In this document: positions 1 through 12,908 of the stretch, piece by piece | Numbering within the stretch: the stretch's first letter is position 1 | How the letters are laid out: each line of letters opens with the position of its first letter | NCBI GenBank assembly: GCA_905178155.1 | Contig: CAJINV010000021.1 | Coordinates: 160,360 to 224,359 of the forward strand | Source: Amoebophrya sp. A120 | Taxonomy: Eukaryota; Protista; Dinoflagellata | Length of the DNA: 64,000 nucleotides | Reading direction: 5' to 3' | Notes under the pieces: model-generated | Told to the model about the DNA's origin: nothing | The model's database searches: none | Seen by the model: only the letters and a program-made list of their open reading frames with translations | Translations under genes and position numbers: made by a program

Positions 1-3000
1 AGTAGACCACAAGCCCAACAAAGAACGCCGCCAACGACAGCATCCTCGTCCTCTTCTCGCGAGATAACGAACTCCGGTGCAGCTCCTGGTGGACCATTAC
101 AGTCACAGCCTCGGTTCGACAGTGCGGCGGAGAAAAGTTACCTGGAGTTGCAGGGCCAAGAAGAAAATCTTATCCCAGGAACTACAGGAGATGACATGCA
201 GCGGCGGCCCCGGAACAACCGGCAAAATAAACCGGGGAGACGGGACCGGATGCGCATGCGCGAGGAGCGGGAGAGACAGGAACAAGGACAACAACTACAT
301 CAAGTGCCGTCAACATCTACAACTTCGGGCATCATGTTTAAGGAAGTTCCCTTTAGCGAGGAGCAGGAGGAACTGCGGCAAAGGCGGCAGGACGAAGAGC
401 TGATCGTCCTCGATGGTGGCGGGGGCTCCAAGCGGAGCAATTACACGCCGAGAAGCAAGAAATTGGAGCAGGCCGACGCCGGTTTGTACAATGCATTTGC
501 GACTTCTGCCATGGAGGAGCGGAGAGTCGGGAGCGTAGGTGTAGAGAATGATAAAGCAGGGGCCTCGGCACTATCGGCTAGGAGCAGAAGAAGAGGAGAA
601 CTACCGAAAGAGCCACCAGCAGCATCATCTACTCCTGCCACATCAAAACAACTACACCCCCGACGAGGAGATGATACAGACAGAGAAGTGCTAGATGACC
701 TTCCTGTCGTCCCGGTAAATGAAATAAAGGAAACCAAAAATGTTGACAAAGACGACAGCGCACCTCCACTTCTAGCCTCCTCCCCCGCGGGCGCGAAGCC
801 GAAACTGCGGCCGAAAAAGAAGAAGCCGGACGAGATTGACGTACAGAAGGAGCATTTGCGACGGCTAGCCAAGTTCAAAACCGAGTTCGTAAAGGAACTA
901 CGCACCGAGCAGTTTCGCAAGAGGCAGTTCCTGGACAGGCCGCTTGCGGAACAACAAGAAGACGATCAGGAGAGAGACGAAGCAGATATCAACTACTTCG
1001 AAGAAAAAGCGCGGGTGGAAAACTACTTGCAAACCCTGGCGAAAAAGCAGGAGTTGCAGCCGAACCGGAAGCAAGCCATGAACTTGGCGTTTCGACGGAT
1101 CCAGCAGGCCACCGAGGAGCTGTTCGGCGACAAGGCCACGGTGGAGCTCTTCGGCTCCGTGGTGAATGGATGCGCGACAAACGCAAGTGATTACGATTGC
1201 GGCATAAGGTTCGTGGAAAACGAAAAGACCCTGAAGGAATTGCTCCGAGCGGAGGATTTGAGTACTCCTTGTTCTAGACTGTTTTTTAGGTCGTGCACGA
1301 TTTTGATGCTTAGAAAAAAAGACGTAGTACTAGCTAGTCCTTCTAGTTCTATCTTGATTCACACAGAAGTTCTGAAAATAAATTATCGTGATTTTTTACA
1401 CGACCTGCTCAAGGGAGGTCGTGCTACTTACTCTCGCTGAAAATAAATCAGAAGAGAAATTTCCAGATCCAGAAAAATGAAACCCCACGTACAATTTTTC
1501 CAGGTTACGCCACGTCCGGCGGGCGTCGGGTTCGCGCGGGCAACGAGCTGTCTGTGGCGGCGTTGCGGAAGATCCAGAAGCACATGCAGAAGGACGAGAA
1601 GTGCAAGAGGACGACCCTGATCGAGGGCGCGAAGGTGCCCATTCTGCAGCTGGAGTTTTTTCCGAAGGAGGAGAAGTTCAAGCCGAGTTGCTTCGACATT
1701 TCGATCACCACCAAGATGTGGACGTACGACAACAGCCGGCTTTTGTACTTGTACCTGCACCTGCAACCCAACCGGATCATCCGGCACTTGGCGGTGCTGG
1801 TGAAGCAGTACGTGAAGGAACGGAACCTGGGGTCCGCGAAGGAATCGATGCTGAGCTCCTACAGCTACCTGCTCCTGCTCATCCACTACTTGCAGGTGCT
1901 GGACTACCTCCCGGGGCTGCAGGACCCCTCGCTCATCTGCCACAGCTGGGACGAGAATTATGGCGGCACGGCGGGCACCTCCAAAACGACCCCCGAACCG
2001 GTCGTGTACGAGCACCACTACGATGAGGAAACGGGGGAGTTGCGGCGCACGCGGTCCAACCCCCCGCCGCAGCTTTCCAAGGCGGGCGTCCACTACGGCG
2101 AAACGTACCGGTTCTTCGACTACGAACGGGCGTGGGACGAGAAGAACAACCCGCAGATCGACGACCGCCTGCTGTCCACGACGGAAAGGGTGCTCGCGAA
2201 GGGGAAAAAGGCCCGGCCGGTGAACCGGACCGGGGCGGACTTCGTGACGGAGTTCCACCTGCAGCGGGTGGACAAGGACGGAGGCCCGGATCTGATGACG
2301 CTGTTCAAGGGCTTCCTGAAGTACTACGCCGAGGTGTGGCGGACGGGGACGAGCGTGCTCACCAAGTCCATGGTCTCCGTCAAGGCGGTCCGGATAAAAG
2401 ACGAATTCGTGCATTACTACTACGATCACGGAAGTAGACCTAGAAGTGGCAGTGGGACAGCAGGAGGAGTCGCGGAGCCGGCGAGTGCGGAAGGTCGTGC
2501 GGCCGCGACGGTCGACGTGTCGACGGCAGCAGTAGAGGAGGACGGTTCTGGTGATCTTGGAAAAAACGGAAAAGCAGGGGGGAAAATATTGACAAAAAAC
2601 GGAGAAGATCCAGCTTCTTGGGACGACGAGCCACCAGAGGTGAAGGAAGACCTGCCGCAGCAGGAGAACCCCGATTTATTTTCGAGCGTCAGCAACATCA
2701 ATTAAGGCTCAAAAAAATCCATCCGCTCAACGGCTCCCAAAATGTTTGAAGCCTGGCCAGAAAAAAGGCATCTGCGCAAGAAGACACGCGCAGCAGTTTG
2801 TGACGCTCGGCTCCGTGAGCGCGTTCGCGCTGCAAAGTAGCGATTTGATTTTTTGAACCTTTTTGCGGACCTTCATTTGTGATCGTGCGCCTTTCGGGGC
2901 GGAAAAGGAGCTGGGAGCGTTTTATCATCGTTTCCCGCTCTTTCGCAACACTCTGTGACTTGCAGAGCTTGCAAATTTCTTTCAAACTTCAGTTGAAGTT

Positions 3001-3916
3001 CAAATTTGACTTGAAGCTTTAAGTCAAATTTGAGCTTCAGCTGAAGTTTGAAAGAATTGAACTAGTCCCACAAGTGGGTCCAACAAACAAATTTCCAATA
3101 GGATTCGGCGTTTTCCGGACTTCTGTCGGACACCGCTGAAGGAGTAGAGCAAACAAATTTGCGCAGAAAATTGAATACCTGCAAATGTACGCGAAACGGT
3201 GAAAGGTAGGAAAAGGCTGTCAAAATGGTCGCAGCTCGTGTTTTTTGATGCTCGACGGGGGGCGCTTTACAAACTACAGCCACAGCATCGGCGACGGCAT
3301 GCAAAGTGAAGCTGTGATATGAGTACGGTCTCGCCAACCGCATTGCAACAGCTCGCGCACACAGATCGCGCAAAGTGCTTGGCTTTGCTCCTCGAATGCG
3401 AAGCGGGGCCCTATCGACTTTTCATCCCTTGCAAGAATTACTTCAGCAAACATTTTGGGAACCGGGCTCGGAATGGATTTTTTTCACCCCTAAATCAAGA
3501 CATCAAATCCAGGAAGAAAAGCTGCAGATGAAGAAGTAGAAGACCAAGAAGAAAAACAGCCCGCTGGTCTCGAGGACTCCGCGACCGCCGCCGCCGCGGA
3601 CGAGATGTACCGCGCGAAGCTGATGGTGCAGATGCGGGACCCGCGAGAGCTGGAGAAACTGCTGCTGAACCAGCCGGGGCTCGTGAATTTGGAACATGTC
3701 GAGCGGGACTTTTGTCCGAAAAAATCACGGCAAAACGACTGGTACTTCATGATCGAGGACCCCATCCAACCAGACCGGTTTCTGGGCCTCAACCGCGACA
3801 ACCACGAGTGGTGGACCTGGATGCTGGGGGACGACCTGCGCGAACTCTCGCGGAAAGACCTGCAGCTGAGGCACGTCGAAAAAATCTTCGGACGCAAACT
3901 GGAGGACATACACTGA
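1..3916 (+). CDS. Cid1/TUT4-7-like terminal nucleotidyltransferase (non-canonical poly(A)/poly(U) polymerase), 5'-partial; join(<1..1261,1504..2701,3499..3916)
   Basis: Pol-beta NTase motif LFGSVVNG...SDYD, then AKVPIL, FDIS, LVKQYVKERNL..LSSYSYLLLLIHYLQ and PAP-associated IEDP. The frame is open from base 1. A GT-AG intron (1262-1503) and a TIR/TSD intron (2702-3498) join the exons in frame. Confidence 0.88.
2702..3493. mobile_element. Non-canonical TIR intron (792 nt), TSD ATCAA, TTA...TAA ends
   Basis: Left end ttaaggctcaaaaaaatccat matches the reverse complement of the right end (ttaggggtgaaaaaaatccat). ATCAA is at 2697-2701 and 3494-3498. Removal gives in-frame N-I-K-T-S leading to the IEDP exon. 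Confidence 0.8.
2977..3056. repeat. 80-nt palindrome (40-nt arms, no loop) inside the TUTase intron
   Basis: Arms 2977-3016 and 3017-3056 are centred on AAGCTT, with 3 mismatches that are all G:T. Confidence 0.9.
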
Positions 3917-6386
3917 AAATCGAATCACCTTGTTGATGCCGTGCTTCATCTGCGTGGGAACGTGGACGAGGAACAAGCGGCCTAAATGTCTTCTGTGCCG
4001 TCGGCCGTTGCTGCGGGGACAAGGTGGTGCTGGATGTAGTCGAAAGTGATGTGATTGGTTTTGCACTTGTTGTTGTCCGAGTCGTGATAGAAAGTGGCTC
4101 ATTGCTTTCCATATTCTTGCAATGATGGACGAGAAAGAAAAGTAGTGGCGCGAACTGCGATGAACACCAAGTAGAACCCGCATCATGGAATCGGCAAGAA
4201 TAAGGTGTGTCAAATTCACTTTCACACACAGAAATTGGCGCTATTTGTGTCGTCCTAGCAAGAACGGCTGCAGCAGTCCTCAAGATGCCACTGCCAGCAA
4301 TTTTATCGACGAAGGCGATGATGTCGTCGTGTTACCACTAAGAGCGTGCGCGTCCGTTTATTTTCCGTACTTCTCGAAGTGCAGACTCTGTGCGCCAATT
4401 ATCACAGCTCTGAAGCTTCCGCACCGCGCCCGGGCGGGCCGTTCCTTCGGTCTGGTGCGTGGGCTGACGGGGCGCGGCGAAGCTCTTCGGAGCAAGGCGA
4501 GGGCAGACTGGGGACCGCCCAAGTGGCGCGGGGCCTCGTGTTGAAAAGGCGCGACGGTGTGCGCCCATTCTTACAGGAGCCCCCTCGCGGTCGCTACCTA
4601 GCCAGGCAGTTCGCTGCCCCGGCGCGCCCGTCGACTGAGGGCCCGGATGGCGCCGCGCAGCTTGCCGGCGCGAAGCCTGCAAAAGCCCAGAATGAAGGCG
4701 AGGGAGAGGGCGAAGGGGCGCACCTATGAGCCTCGGGGCCCTTCCTGGTGCGCTGGGGGCTTCGCAGATATTCGCGCCGCGCGGCCTCGGCCGTATTTGT
4801 GGATGTGTGGCAGGCCGGGGGGGGCGTGTTCGTGCCGCGAGCGCCGGCCGGCCCTGGTTGTGTGGGTGCTAGCTTGGCCGCCGGCCCTTGCCCTTTGTGG
4901 CGCATTGGGCTTTTTCGACGCATGCCCCGTCCGGTAGGCGCGCCCCCCCATCAGGCCCATTGGCGCAGAACCGCCGGGAACGAACGTCATGGATAGTTTT
5001 CTCGCCGAGTCCAAAAATGGCCCCGCCCCGGCCGCCAGGAGTTCGCTCCATCCTTCCCGGCCGCCCGCGTTTGTCTGCGCATGGGCCCCCCGACCGTGTC
5101 GCCAGCGCGCAGGCGCCCCCGCGCACCTGGTGGCGCGGGGGCGCGGTCGCGGGCGCCAGAAAACGGGGCAGCCCCCCCCCCCCGGTGGGCCGGCCGCGGC
5201 AAGTAGCCCGGCCGCGAAAAACTACTAGACAAGGGGCGAAGCCCTGCAGGCTCGCACCGGCCGGCGCGCGGCCGTTCGCAGATGCGCAAAACAGGGCGCG
5301 GAGTAACGTGGCGAATGATATGGAGAGCCCGGGTAGAACGCTCGGCCCCGACGTGCCCGCCTCCGGCGACTGCGTCGGTCGGTCGCGCTACATCGATCTC
5401 GATCGACGTTGCCTTTGGCGGCAGCGGCGACCTTTGTTTCGGGGGAGCGCGGTCGGATCAGGTCCAAAGTATGAACTCGCTAGCGTTCTCGTGTATCAGA
5501 ATGGGCGCTGCTTCTGTGCAAAACCTTGGCGCGAGGGGACGGCGGTCATTGACGACGGGAGGTTGGCGTTAAAACGTCCGCGCAGGTTGGCAGGCCGCCG
5601 CCTGGGGTTGGATCGATGGCCGTCCGCAGCGGCATTCCGTCCCATCCTGTGGCGCGTTGTCCCTGCCTTCCACCCCCTGCGGGGGTGGGGGCGGGCGTGG
5701 TGCCCCTTCCCCTGTCGCTCCTCGCGCGCCCCCCCTTACTAAATCCCGAGGCCGCACCCACTTGGGCGCGCACCTTGCCCCGATACTATTCACAGTTGCC
5801 TTTGTATGTGTCGGCGGGCGGCCGCGGCCACTGGTGTGCTCGCTTCGAAGGACCAGTGTGTGGCGCGCTGGCTCCGGTCGCGTTTGCTGTGGCCGCTGGC
5901 CCGCGCGCGGCACGTGCGGGCGAACCTGGCGCTGGCTTGCTTGTTCCTTGTTGCGGGTTTTTTCCCGGAACGGCGCCTGCTGCTGCCATTTGACTCCCGT
6001 CCCCGTGAAAGCCTCATCCGCCGTAGGGGCGGGCGGGCGAAGCCGGCGAGCGATCTCTTATAGCCAGAACCCCCTTGTTGCGTGGCGCGTCCGTTCGGCT
6101 TGCAGCAAAGCCTGCCTTGATCTTACTTGTCTCGGGCGCTGTAGTAATCTGGCCTGCTGTACGTGTAGTGTTCTTGTTTCTGGTATTGTAACTTGAGGAG
6201 CTGGTTGGTGTAGTCCGTTATGTTTCCTTTTCGTTCCGCATAGTATGTGCGCGCCTGGATTTTATCTAGCCGAGACTAATTGGTTGCCTTTGTCCCCGCA
6301 GCGACAAAAACGAGAAGTGTGCGCTTTCCGCCTCACTGACATGGCGCTTGCATCTCGGTCTTTTTCGGTGCACTCAGATTAAAGTC

Positions 6387-8696
6387 ATGTCTGCTGCGGG
6401 TCCGGCAATTTTATTGGCTGCCGCCGGGTCCCTCGAGGGCCTGGACCTTGCACGATCGGCGTCCGATGTTGATCGTTCCCGTCGTAGTAACAAAAAAACC
6501 GATCCGGCCGACGCCGTTGAGGCAACGATCAAGCGGAAACTGGCAGAACCGCAAACGACATCATCAGCAGGCTCATCCTTTGTCGAGAAGTACCAAGCCG
6601 GCGAGCTGTGGCACTCCGGAGAAGTAGCTAGAAGTGCAGATGATGTTCTTCCCCGTGGTCCCGATGATCTCGCAGTCCAGAATGTGGATGACGAGGCAGC
6701 TGTTGGACCCGCCGCACTTGCTCTCGGGGGCGGCGGGCATTCCGATTCCCCCTCGACGATCAGGAAAAATATGATGAATAAAGGTCGGACTGTCTCGTCT
6801 GAAAAGCAAAAAGTGGAAGTAGAGCAGGAAACTTCGAGCGCATCTTGGTGCAGTGAGAACGCGATTGCGGAGGTGATTCCCTTTCTTTCCGCGTCACTCT
6901 GGGAACAGTACGTGCAGGCAGACGAAGGTCACGGCGCTTTGGTTCTGTCCGAACCTTTCATCGGCAAGAACGCCGAGGTGGGATTGGTCGGTGCTGTGGT
7001 GCGTGGGGTAAGGCACGCCTTCGCTCAGGTGTCTGTGCGCGTTGGGATCGTTGCTCCTTCATCTTCTAGCGGGGATGAGCAAAGTCGTGATCATGCCGTG
7101 CGGGATAATGAAAGCGACAACAAGACGAGCAAAAGTGCAGCGGTGAAGCAATGCGGCAACAAGAAAAGCACAAACTCAACTTCTACGAGTGACGCACCTG
7201 AAGAAGACATGTTCCATCACGAGATCCAGCTTCCGGAGCCGAGAAACCCTGATGCTGACGTGTTGATCATCGGCTTGACGAGCGAATTGGCGATGCGTGT
7301 GCCACAAGTATTCTTTGGAGGTAGTGAAGAGAATAAACAAGTCATGGTGGGTGATCCTGCTGATGTCTCTCCCTCCGGAACGAAATCGAACACCAAAGCC
7401 AATCCACCGCCAGTGCACCTACCTGAGAAAAGCAGTGGCACGAGCACTTGGGCAAGCTGGTTCGGGTCGAGCTTCGGTTTTTCTAATTCCAAGAATGATA
7501 GTACCGCACTCGATTTTTACCGGAAACCCCCGCAAATTACGCCTCTGGACATATGTTTCCTGCCGTTTTCCGCTGTGGCAGGTCGGGCCGTAGAACAAGC
7601 AGCCACTACTGCGAACGCCTCGCAGGCGTCCGCCTCACAGAAAGAGAAAAACAAAAACAACAAATGTAACGCGTCTGCTGGTACATCTAATCCGAACCAC
7701 TGCAATAAAAGCAGAACCATGATTTTTCTGTCCAACCCGACCTCTTCCGGTGCCGCGTTCCTGTATTTCGAAATTAGCCGGACCATCGACATCAAGCGCG
7801 CCCTCGCGCCGGTGTGCAACGACATCCTGTTGCATCAGAGTAGCATCGGCAAAGACGCGAAGGAGGAACAGGAGGGGGGGAAAACTTACAACGAAATGTG
7901 GTTTCAGAAAGACGACGGGGGCTGCACCTCCTCGAATGACGAGAAAAATTTGTTTGCGTCTTGCGGCGACAGAAAGACCCGCCCGCCCCAGATCCCGCTG
8001 GCACTGGACCAGTTGGCGCGCAAGTGCTACTTGAAGAGCAACTATCCAACGGAACAGGAGCAGAAACAGGTACAGGAGCTGTTTGAGTACTTGCTGTCGC
8101 AGGTCAGTGAAGCCGCAGTCTTGGAAAAGCTGCAGGACCAGCAGCCAGTAGCGCTAGACGGTACTTCTATGGGCAAAAACGTCGAGAAAAACAACCAGAA
8201 GAAGACGCCACCCACTTCCGAGCAACAACCCGCAAGACCTAACGTCCTTACTTGGGGCGCGTTGTTTCATCCGACGGCCGTGGACTTCAAAACGGCAAAA
8301 GTCCGGATCGCCAGTGTGGTTTCAATGAAAATACGCCCAGCGAGGACCACGTCGACAGGTGGAATTAGTCCAAAACTACAACATCAACCCTTCGAGGCGC
8401 TTTTTCTCCGGCCCTCGCAACTGCAGCCCCCACCGGGTGCGCCCGCGAACGCGAAGGTGGTGGAGGTTGTGTGCCTCAAATTTCCAAGCAAAGAGTCGGT
8501 AGAGGTGTTTTTGGATCACGAGTACGTTTCCGTGATGGAGTATGTATACCCGCGAGAAAGGACAACAAGAACTAACAGTAAAGAAGGTGGTGATGTGGTC
8601 CTCAGCAAGGTTGACGGGTTTCAGAGACTGGGGATCCTCTTGTTGATGTTTCACCAGGGCATTTTGCAAATTTTCACGGACGCGGAACATGAATGA
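6387..8696 (+). CDS. Hypothetical protein (~770 aa), apparently intronless
   Basis: Long ORF 6348-8696 with ATG at 6387. Globular-looking segments alternate with S/N/K-rich linkers. No family recognised. Confidence 0.7.
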   Translation: MSAAGPAILLAAAGSLEGLDLARSASDVDRSRRSNKKTDPADAVEATIKRKLAEPQTTSSAGSSFVEKYQAGELWHSGEVARSADDVLPRGPDDLAVQNVDDEAAVGPAALALGGGGHSDSPSTIRKNMMNKGRTVSSEKQKVEVEQETSSASWCSENAIAEVIPFLSASLWEQYVQADEGHGALVLSEPFIGKNAEVGLVGAVVRGVRHAFAQVSVRVGIVAPSSSSGDEQSRDHAVRDNESDNKTSKSAAVKQCGNKKSTNSTSTSDAPEEDMFHHEIQLPEPRNPDADVLIIGLTSELAMRVPQVFFGGSEENKQVMVGDPADVSPSGTKSNTKANPPPVHLPEKSSGTSTWASWFGSSFGFSNSKNDSTALDFYRKPPQITPLDICFLPFSAVAGRAVEQAATTANASQASASQKEKNKNNKCNASAGTSNPNHCNKSRTMIFLSNPTSSGAAFLYFEISRTIDIKRALAPVCNDILLHQSSIGKDAKEEQEGGKTYNEMWFQKDDGGCTSSNDEKNLFASCGDRKTRPPQIPLALDQLARKCYLKSNYPTEQEQKQVQELFEYLLSQVSEAAVLEKLQDQQPVALDGTSMGKNVEKNNQKKTPPTSEQQPARPNVLTWGALFHPTAVDFKTAKVRIASVVSMKIRPARTTSTGGISPKLQHQPFEALFLRPSQLQPPPGAPANAKVVEVVCLKFPSKESVEVFLDHEYVSVMEYVYPRERTTRTNSKEGGDVVLSKVDGFQRLGILLLMFHQGILQIFTDAEHE

Positions 8697-10227
8697 TGTC
8701 GGCAGTGTGTAGGAGAGGAACATTTTGAGGCCAAAACACAAACTGATTTCAAGATGTAGTTGTCTATAATTCGTACTGAAACAAACGCAGGTAGTTGGCT
8801 AGTCACGCGTTCTCGATTCCGGCGAAGCAGATCTTTGTAATCCTAGAACGTGGTATTCTCTTGCACTAGGGATTGAGTTTAAGAATGCCTGCTTATCTAT
8901 CGCTTCAAAAATGAATCATATGTAGTGAGGTCACCGAACGGTTCTAACCAGGGAGTTTTTTTGACACCTACCCTGAAAAACGACCGGCAGTTTTCAAGCG
9001 GCCGGAGGCGTTTTTTGACATAAAAAATTTATAATTATCAAGCGGACGGGGCTTTGCCATCAAACAAGCCCGGTCGAAAACTATCGATTCGCACTGGATA
9101 AAACGACGCAGGGGAGCCGGCAAAAGGGGCGCCCTTCCGAGGCGGCCACCGCCTTAGTTTCTGGCGATTTGGGGCGCCCAAAAAGGGGCGCGCAAAAAAC
9201 GCGTCCAAAATCAGAACAGCGAAACAGCATGGCACGGCCGCGATTTCGGAGCATTTTCGGCGGCCGCGAAAGCGGCCGCCTTTTCGCCGGTTTCAGAGCC
9301 TGGGAAGCTTTGCAAAAAGCGCCGGCGTGAAAAATAAAAACGCGAAAAAGAAAAAGCGCGCCAGACGCGCAAAGCCAATCCGCATGCTATGGGCCCGGTT
9401 TTTCTTCGCTTTCTGGGCGGCCCCCGTGGCACCCGGATCGGCCCCATAGCATCGGGGCTGGCTTTCGGAAAGTAATTTTGGAAATGTGCCAAAATTTGCA
9501 ACGTTTCCCAAGTGGCCATCATACCGTGCGGCATAACGTTACTCACGGTGGTATGACGAGCCCATAAAAAGCAAAGCCGCGGCCAAGGCTGCGGTCGGCA
9601 AAAAAACGCCCACGACCTCACTACCCCCGCCCCAGCGGCTATATTTGATACTAGTCATTGATTAGTGATGCGAAAGCGAATAAAGGCGACTCAAAGTGGA
9701 GTACTTGAGCGACGGATGAGAGCGCAGGTGTGAGTCTTGTCGAGTGGAGCAGTCAAGAAGCAAATGCGTCTCTGTTGAGCGAGCAAATTTAGAAATTGGT
9801 TTGTTTTTAGTGCAATAAAACGAAAAATTAAATTGGGTATACAGATGTGTTGCCACATGACGACCAGAAACATAAAAGCGAGGTTCGTATAATTTTTGCA
9901 GCGACTCACTTTGACTTCACCTTCACGTAGTGGCTTTTGACCCAACGCCACTGCACACTAGAAAGATAGTTTCCCACTTCTGGATGATGTGTAACTAAAA
10001 CCGACCTTCTTATTCTTACATTCAGACGGCAAGGTTTACACCCACCGTGACCTATTTGGAGAGGCATGTTTGTCGACCAAAAGCTTCGTACCGTACTAGT
10101 GTAGTGCCACGACTTTGTTCGTATTTACTATTAGCATCAACCCAACATAACGAATCACGAAATTTTGATAGCAATTTGAATTCGCTGCAAGGTTCATCTC
10201 CAATTCCAGCATCCTAAGAAACCCAAG

Positions 10228-12228
10228 ATGTCCTCTCCCGAGTCCTCCCCGAAGCGGCGCAGCCGCAAGTCGCCGCAGCAATCTCCCGAGCGGGTTGCAA
10301 GTATTTACGAGGACGCGAATGAGAATCAGGAGTCTTGGTCCTCCTACCTGTTCACTCAGGGCCAGCACTACCTTACCGGCTTTCGCTATCACGAGAAAAA
10401 AGTGTTACAGTTACACATTTGTTGGAGTTTCTGCATCACAAATTTTCTGTGTGTGGCAAGGAAAACTTGTAATGCGAAGATCATAAGGGAAAACAGGAAG
10501 GAAACGAGGCTTCCAAGCATTTCCTGCATGAGAAAGGTTGTCTGTGTTGCCGGTCTTGCAACACAATGTGTAACTGTAACACTTTTTTCTTGCGATATTC
10601 GCGGGTTGTTGGAACACGGCATGGCGCACAACAGCGACATCAGGAATTTCGCCGTGATATCACCAATATGCATTGCAAAACTATCGTACTAGTATAAATT
10701 GCATTACAAATTTTCCCAAGAACAAAAATGCAATTTGTCATGCTGCTTCAGGTAGAAAGTTGAATTTGTCTTCCATATCTGCAATTAGTACGAGTACGAT
10801 GCTTTTGCACAGGATAACCCACGGATGTTGGGGCAATAGGAGCGAACAGAATAAAGAACTCACCCGGAGGTGGGAAGAACTCCAGTTCGTCTTCCAGTCG
10901 ACGGCCGAGTGAGATGAAGGAAACGTCGAACCAGCAATTGGTGCCCGTCGACCCAAGTACTTCTAGAACCCTGACGAATAAAGTGAAGACCACGGTTCTC
11001 TCTTTCCTCGACCGGGCTTTTGAGCAGTGGCGATCGCTGACGCTGCAAAACCGCAAATCGGTGTTGCTCGCAGCGTTCCTGCTTTCCATGTCCATCCGGC
11101 AGAGAAAACTCGCGACCTGTTGCGTCGGGGCGTACTTTATCAAATGTAAAAATGTCTGGGTCTGGAAGGTTGGAACTTGTCATGCTGTTTTTGAACTGTA
11201 CAAAAATTTGTATTGCATGACCAGCAAGAGGCGGGGTACAGTTTTTGCTACACGGACAGGGCATTTCTCATGCGGAAGGTGCATCAGGAAGCCCTCTAAA
11301 AGTCTGCGATGCTAGGCCAAGCATTACAGGCATCATGGGTCATGAGAAATATGCATGACAAGTCTTGCATTCTTCCAGACCCAGACATTTTTGCATTTGA
11401 TATACTTTTTTTCCGCGGTTCCTTCCTCAAATTCCTTCGAGTCCGCCTTTAAATCCTGGTTTCACGAAGTCTATGGATTGCAAATATGTCTGGGTCTGGA
11501 AGAGCCAAACTTGTGATGCTGCATTTGGATGCTACAGAAATCTGTATTGCATGAGGAGCAAGAGGAGCCAAACTTGGCTACGCGGTGGAGAGGGCATCTG
11601 TCATGCAGGATGCGCATCGATAGGCGCTCAAAAAATCTGTGCTGCTAATATGGCATACATCAAAGACATCATGGATCATGGAAAATGTGCATGACAAACT
11701 TTTCCTCTTCCAGACCCAGACATTTTTACAGTTGATAAAGTCTACTTTCCAACGATTGTCTTTCGGTTTCACGAAATCTACCGGAAAAGGCTGGCGGAGG
11801 GGGTCGTGGCGGGGACGACCACGACAGCAAACGCCAGCGGCGACCCAACAAATTCAGCCACGACGGAACGCACGGCGGCGCTGAAGCAGATGGCGGCCTC
11901 CGGCTTGACGCAGCTGAAGAATTTGCTGCAAGCGCAGGAGAAGAAACTCCCGACGGTCACCTTCGTCTACGAACAAGTCGTTAAAAAGTACCCGAACGAC
12001 TTTGTGGACTGCGCGCTGTGCAAAGTGGCCTGCAAGGAGAAGAGTTTGTTCAAGATCCGGTTTCTCGGTTGTCTCAACCGGTGGAGCAACATGGTGCTCC
12101 TCCCATGGGAGGAGGTAAGCAGCGGGAAAGACAATTCGCGAAAATCGGCGCCCAGCGTGTACGACGACGAAGTTTTACAGCAGTTGGCCGAGGACTGTAT
12201 CTTGCGCGAACAGGAATTGGCCGGGTGA
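10228..12228 (+). CDS. Hypothetical membrane-anchored protein; join(10228..10386,10603..10666,10822..11137,11408..11471,11743..12228)
   Basis: Removing four TIR/TSD elements fuses ORFs 10228, 10914 and 11806 into one 362-aa frame with a hydrophobic segment (VLLAAFLLSM...CCVGAYFF). Confidence 0.75.
10387..10597. mobile_element. Introner (211 nt), TSD TTCGC, ~33-nt TIR
   Basis: Ends tatcacgagaaaaaagtgttacagttacacatt / aatgtgtaactgtaacacttttttcttgcgata. TTCGC at 10382-10386 and 10598-10602. Confidence 0.9.
10667..10816. mobile_element. Introner family B (150 nt), TSD ACCAA/ACCCA
   Basis: Ends tatgcattgcaaaactatcgtac...gtacgatgcttttgcacaggata. Similar to 34054-34203 and, inverted, to 62455-62603. 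Confidence 0.85.
11138..11402. mobile_element. Introner family A (265 nt), TSD TACTT
   Basis: TIR tatcaaatgtaaaaatgtctgggtctggaag / cttccagacccagacatttttgcatttgata. Frame restored on removal. Confidence 0.93.
11472..11737. mobile_element. Introner family A (266 nt), TSD AAGTC
   Basis: Family A TIR core atgtctgggtctggaag at both ends. Frame restored (EV|YFPT). Confidence 0.92.
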
Positions 12229-12908
12229 CATGTAAGCAGTGTTCTTGGCACAGCCACAGCATGTTGTAGTACATCGCGAATCATGAAGGTTGAATCGAAC
12301 AAACTGAGATTATTGCGTTGTGGCAGCTGCCTCCGTGCTGTCACGCCGGCAGTGATGCCTTCAATCATGTTGAATATAGAAGATAGAACGAATTTGTGTG
12401 ACAAAAGTGTAGAAAACATGACTCAATAGTGCGAGTAAAAAGAGACAGCAACAGCTGAGGCTTCAAGAACATTTTTACTTCACTGCTGACACGATGTCTC
12501 CTGTTGTTCTCCGTTTATCGTGTGGCTATTATTGTGCACCACGGAGTGAATGCTTGGTCTGCAGCGTTTTTTGTGTTTGCATTTGATTCTGTATTTATTT
12601 TGCCGGGAAAGCATAATTTTGATTTTCGGTCGCGTGGAACGCGTCAGATCTTTTGATTTTGGCTTTGCTCTTGCGATCCCGATCCGCTCGGCTTTTCAAT
12701 GCAAATAATTTTTCTCTGCCGCAAGTTTGTCAAGCTCAAGTTGCTGCTCAAGCAACGCAAACAGGGCAGATGATGACTTCTGTTTTGCCGCGTTCTTGTC
12801 TTCGAGGCATGTTACGGTTTTTCATCGAAATGGAGCGTTTCGATGTGATGACGGCATGATATACCGATCACAAAATATGAGAAAGAACAACAGTAAGAGA
12901 AGAACATC

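Noticed and set aside
1428-2429. 333-aa minus-strand ORF and similar antisense ORFs
   Set aside because: Shadows of GC3-rich plus-strand coding sequence.
1-3916. TUTase as a component of the intron-removal system
   Set aside because: Only proximity supports it, and eukaryotic gene neighbourhood is not evidence of shared function.
10387-10598. TA target-site duplication (Tc1/mariner model)
   Set aside because: Removal under the TA model breaks the frame. The TA belongs to the TIR, and the flanking 5-nt repeat gives the in-frame join.
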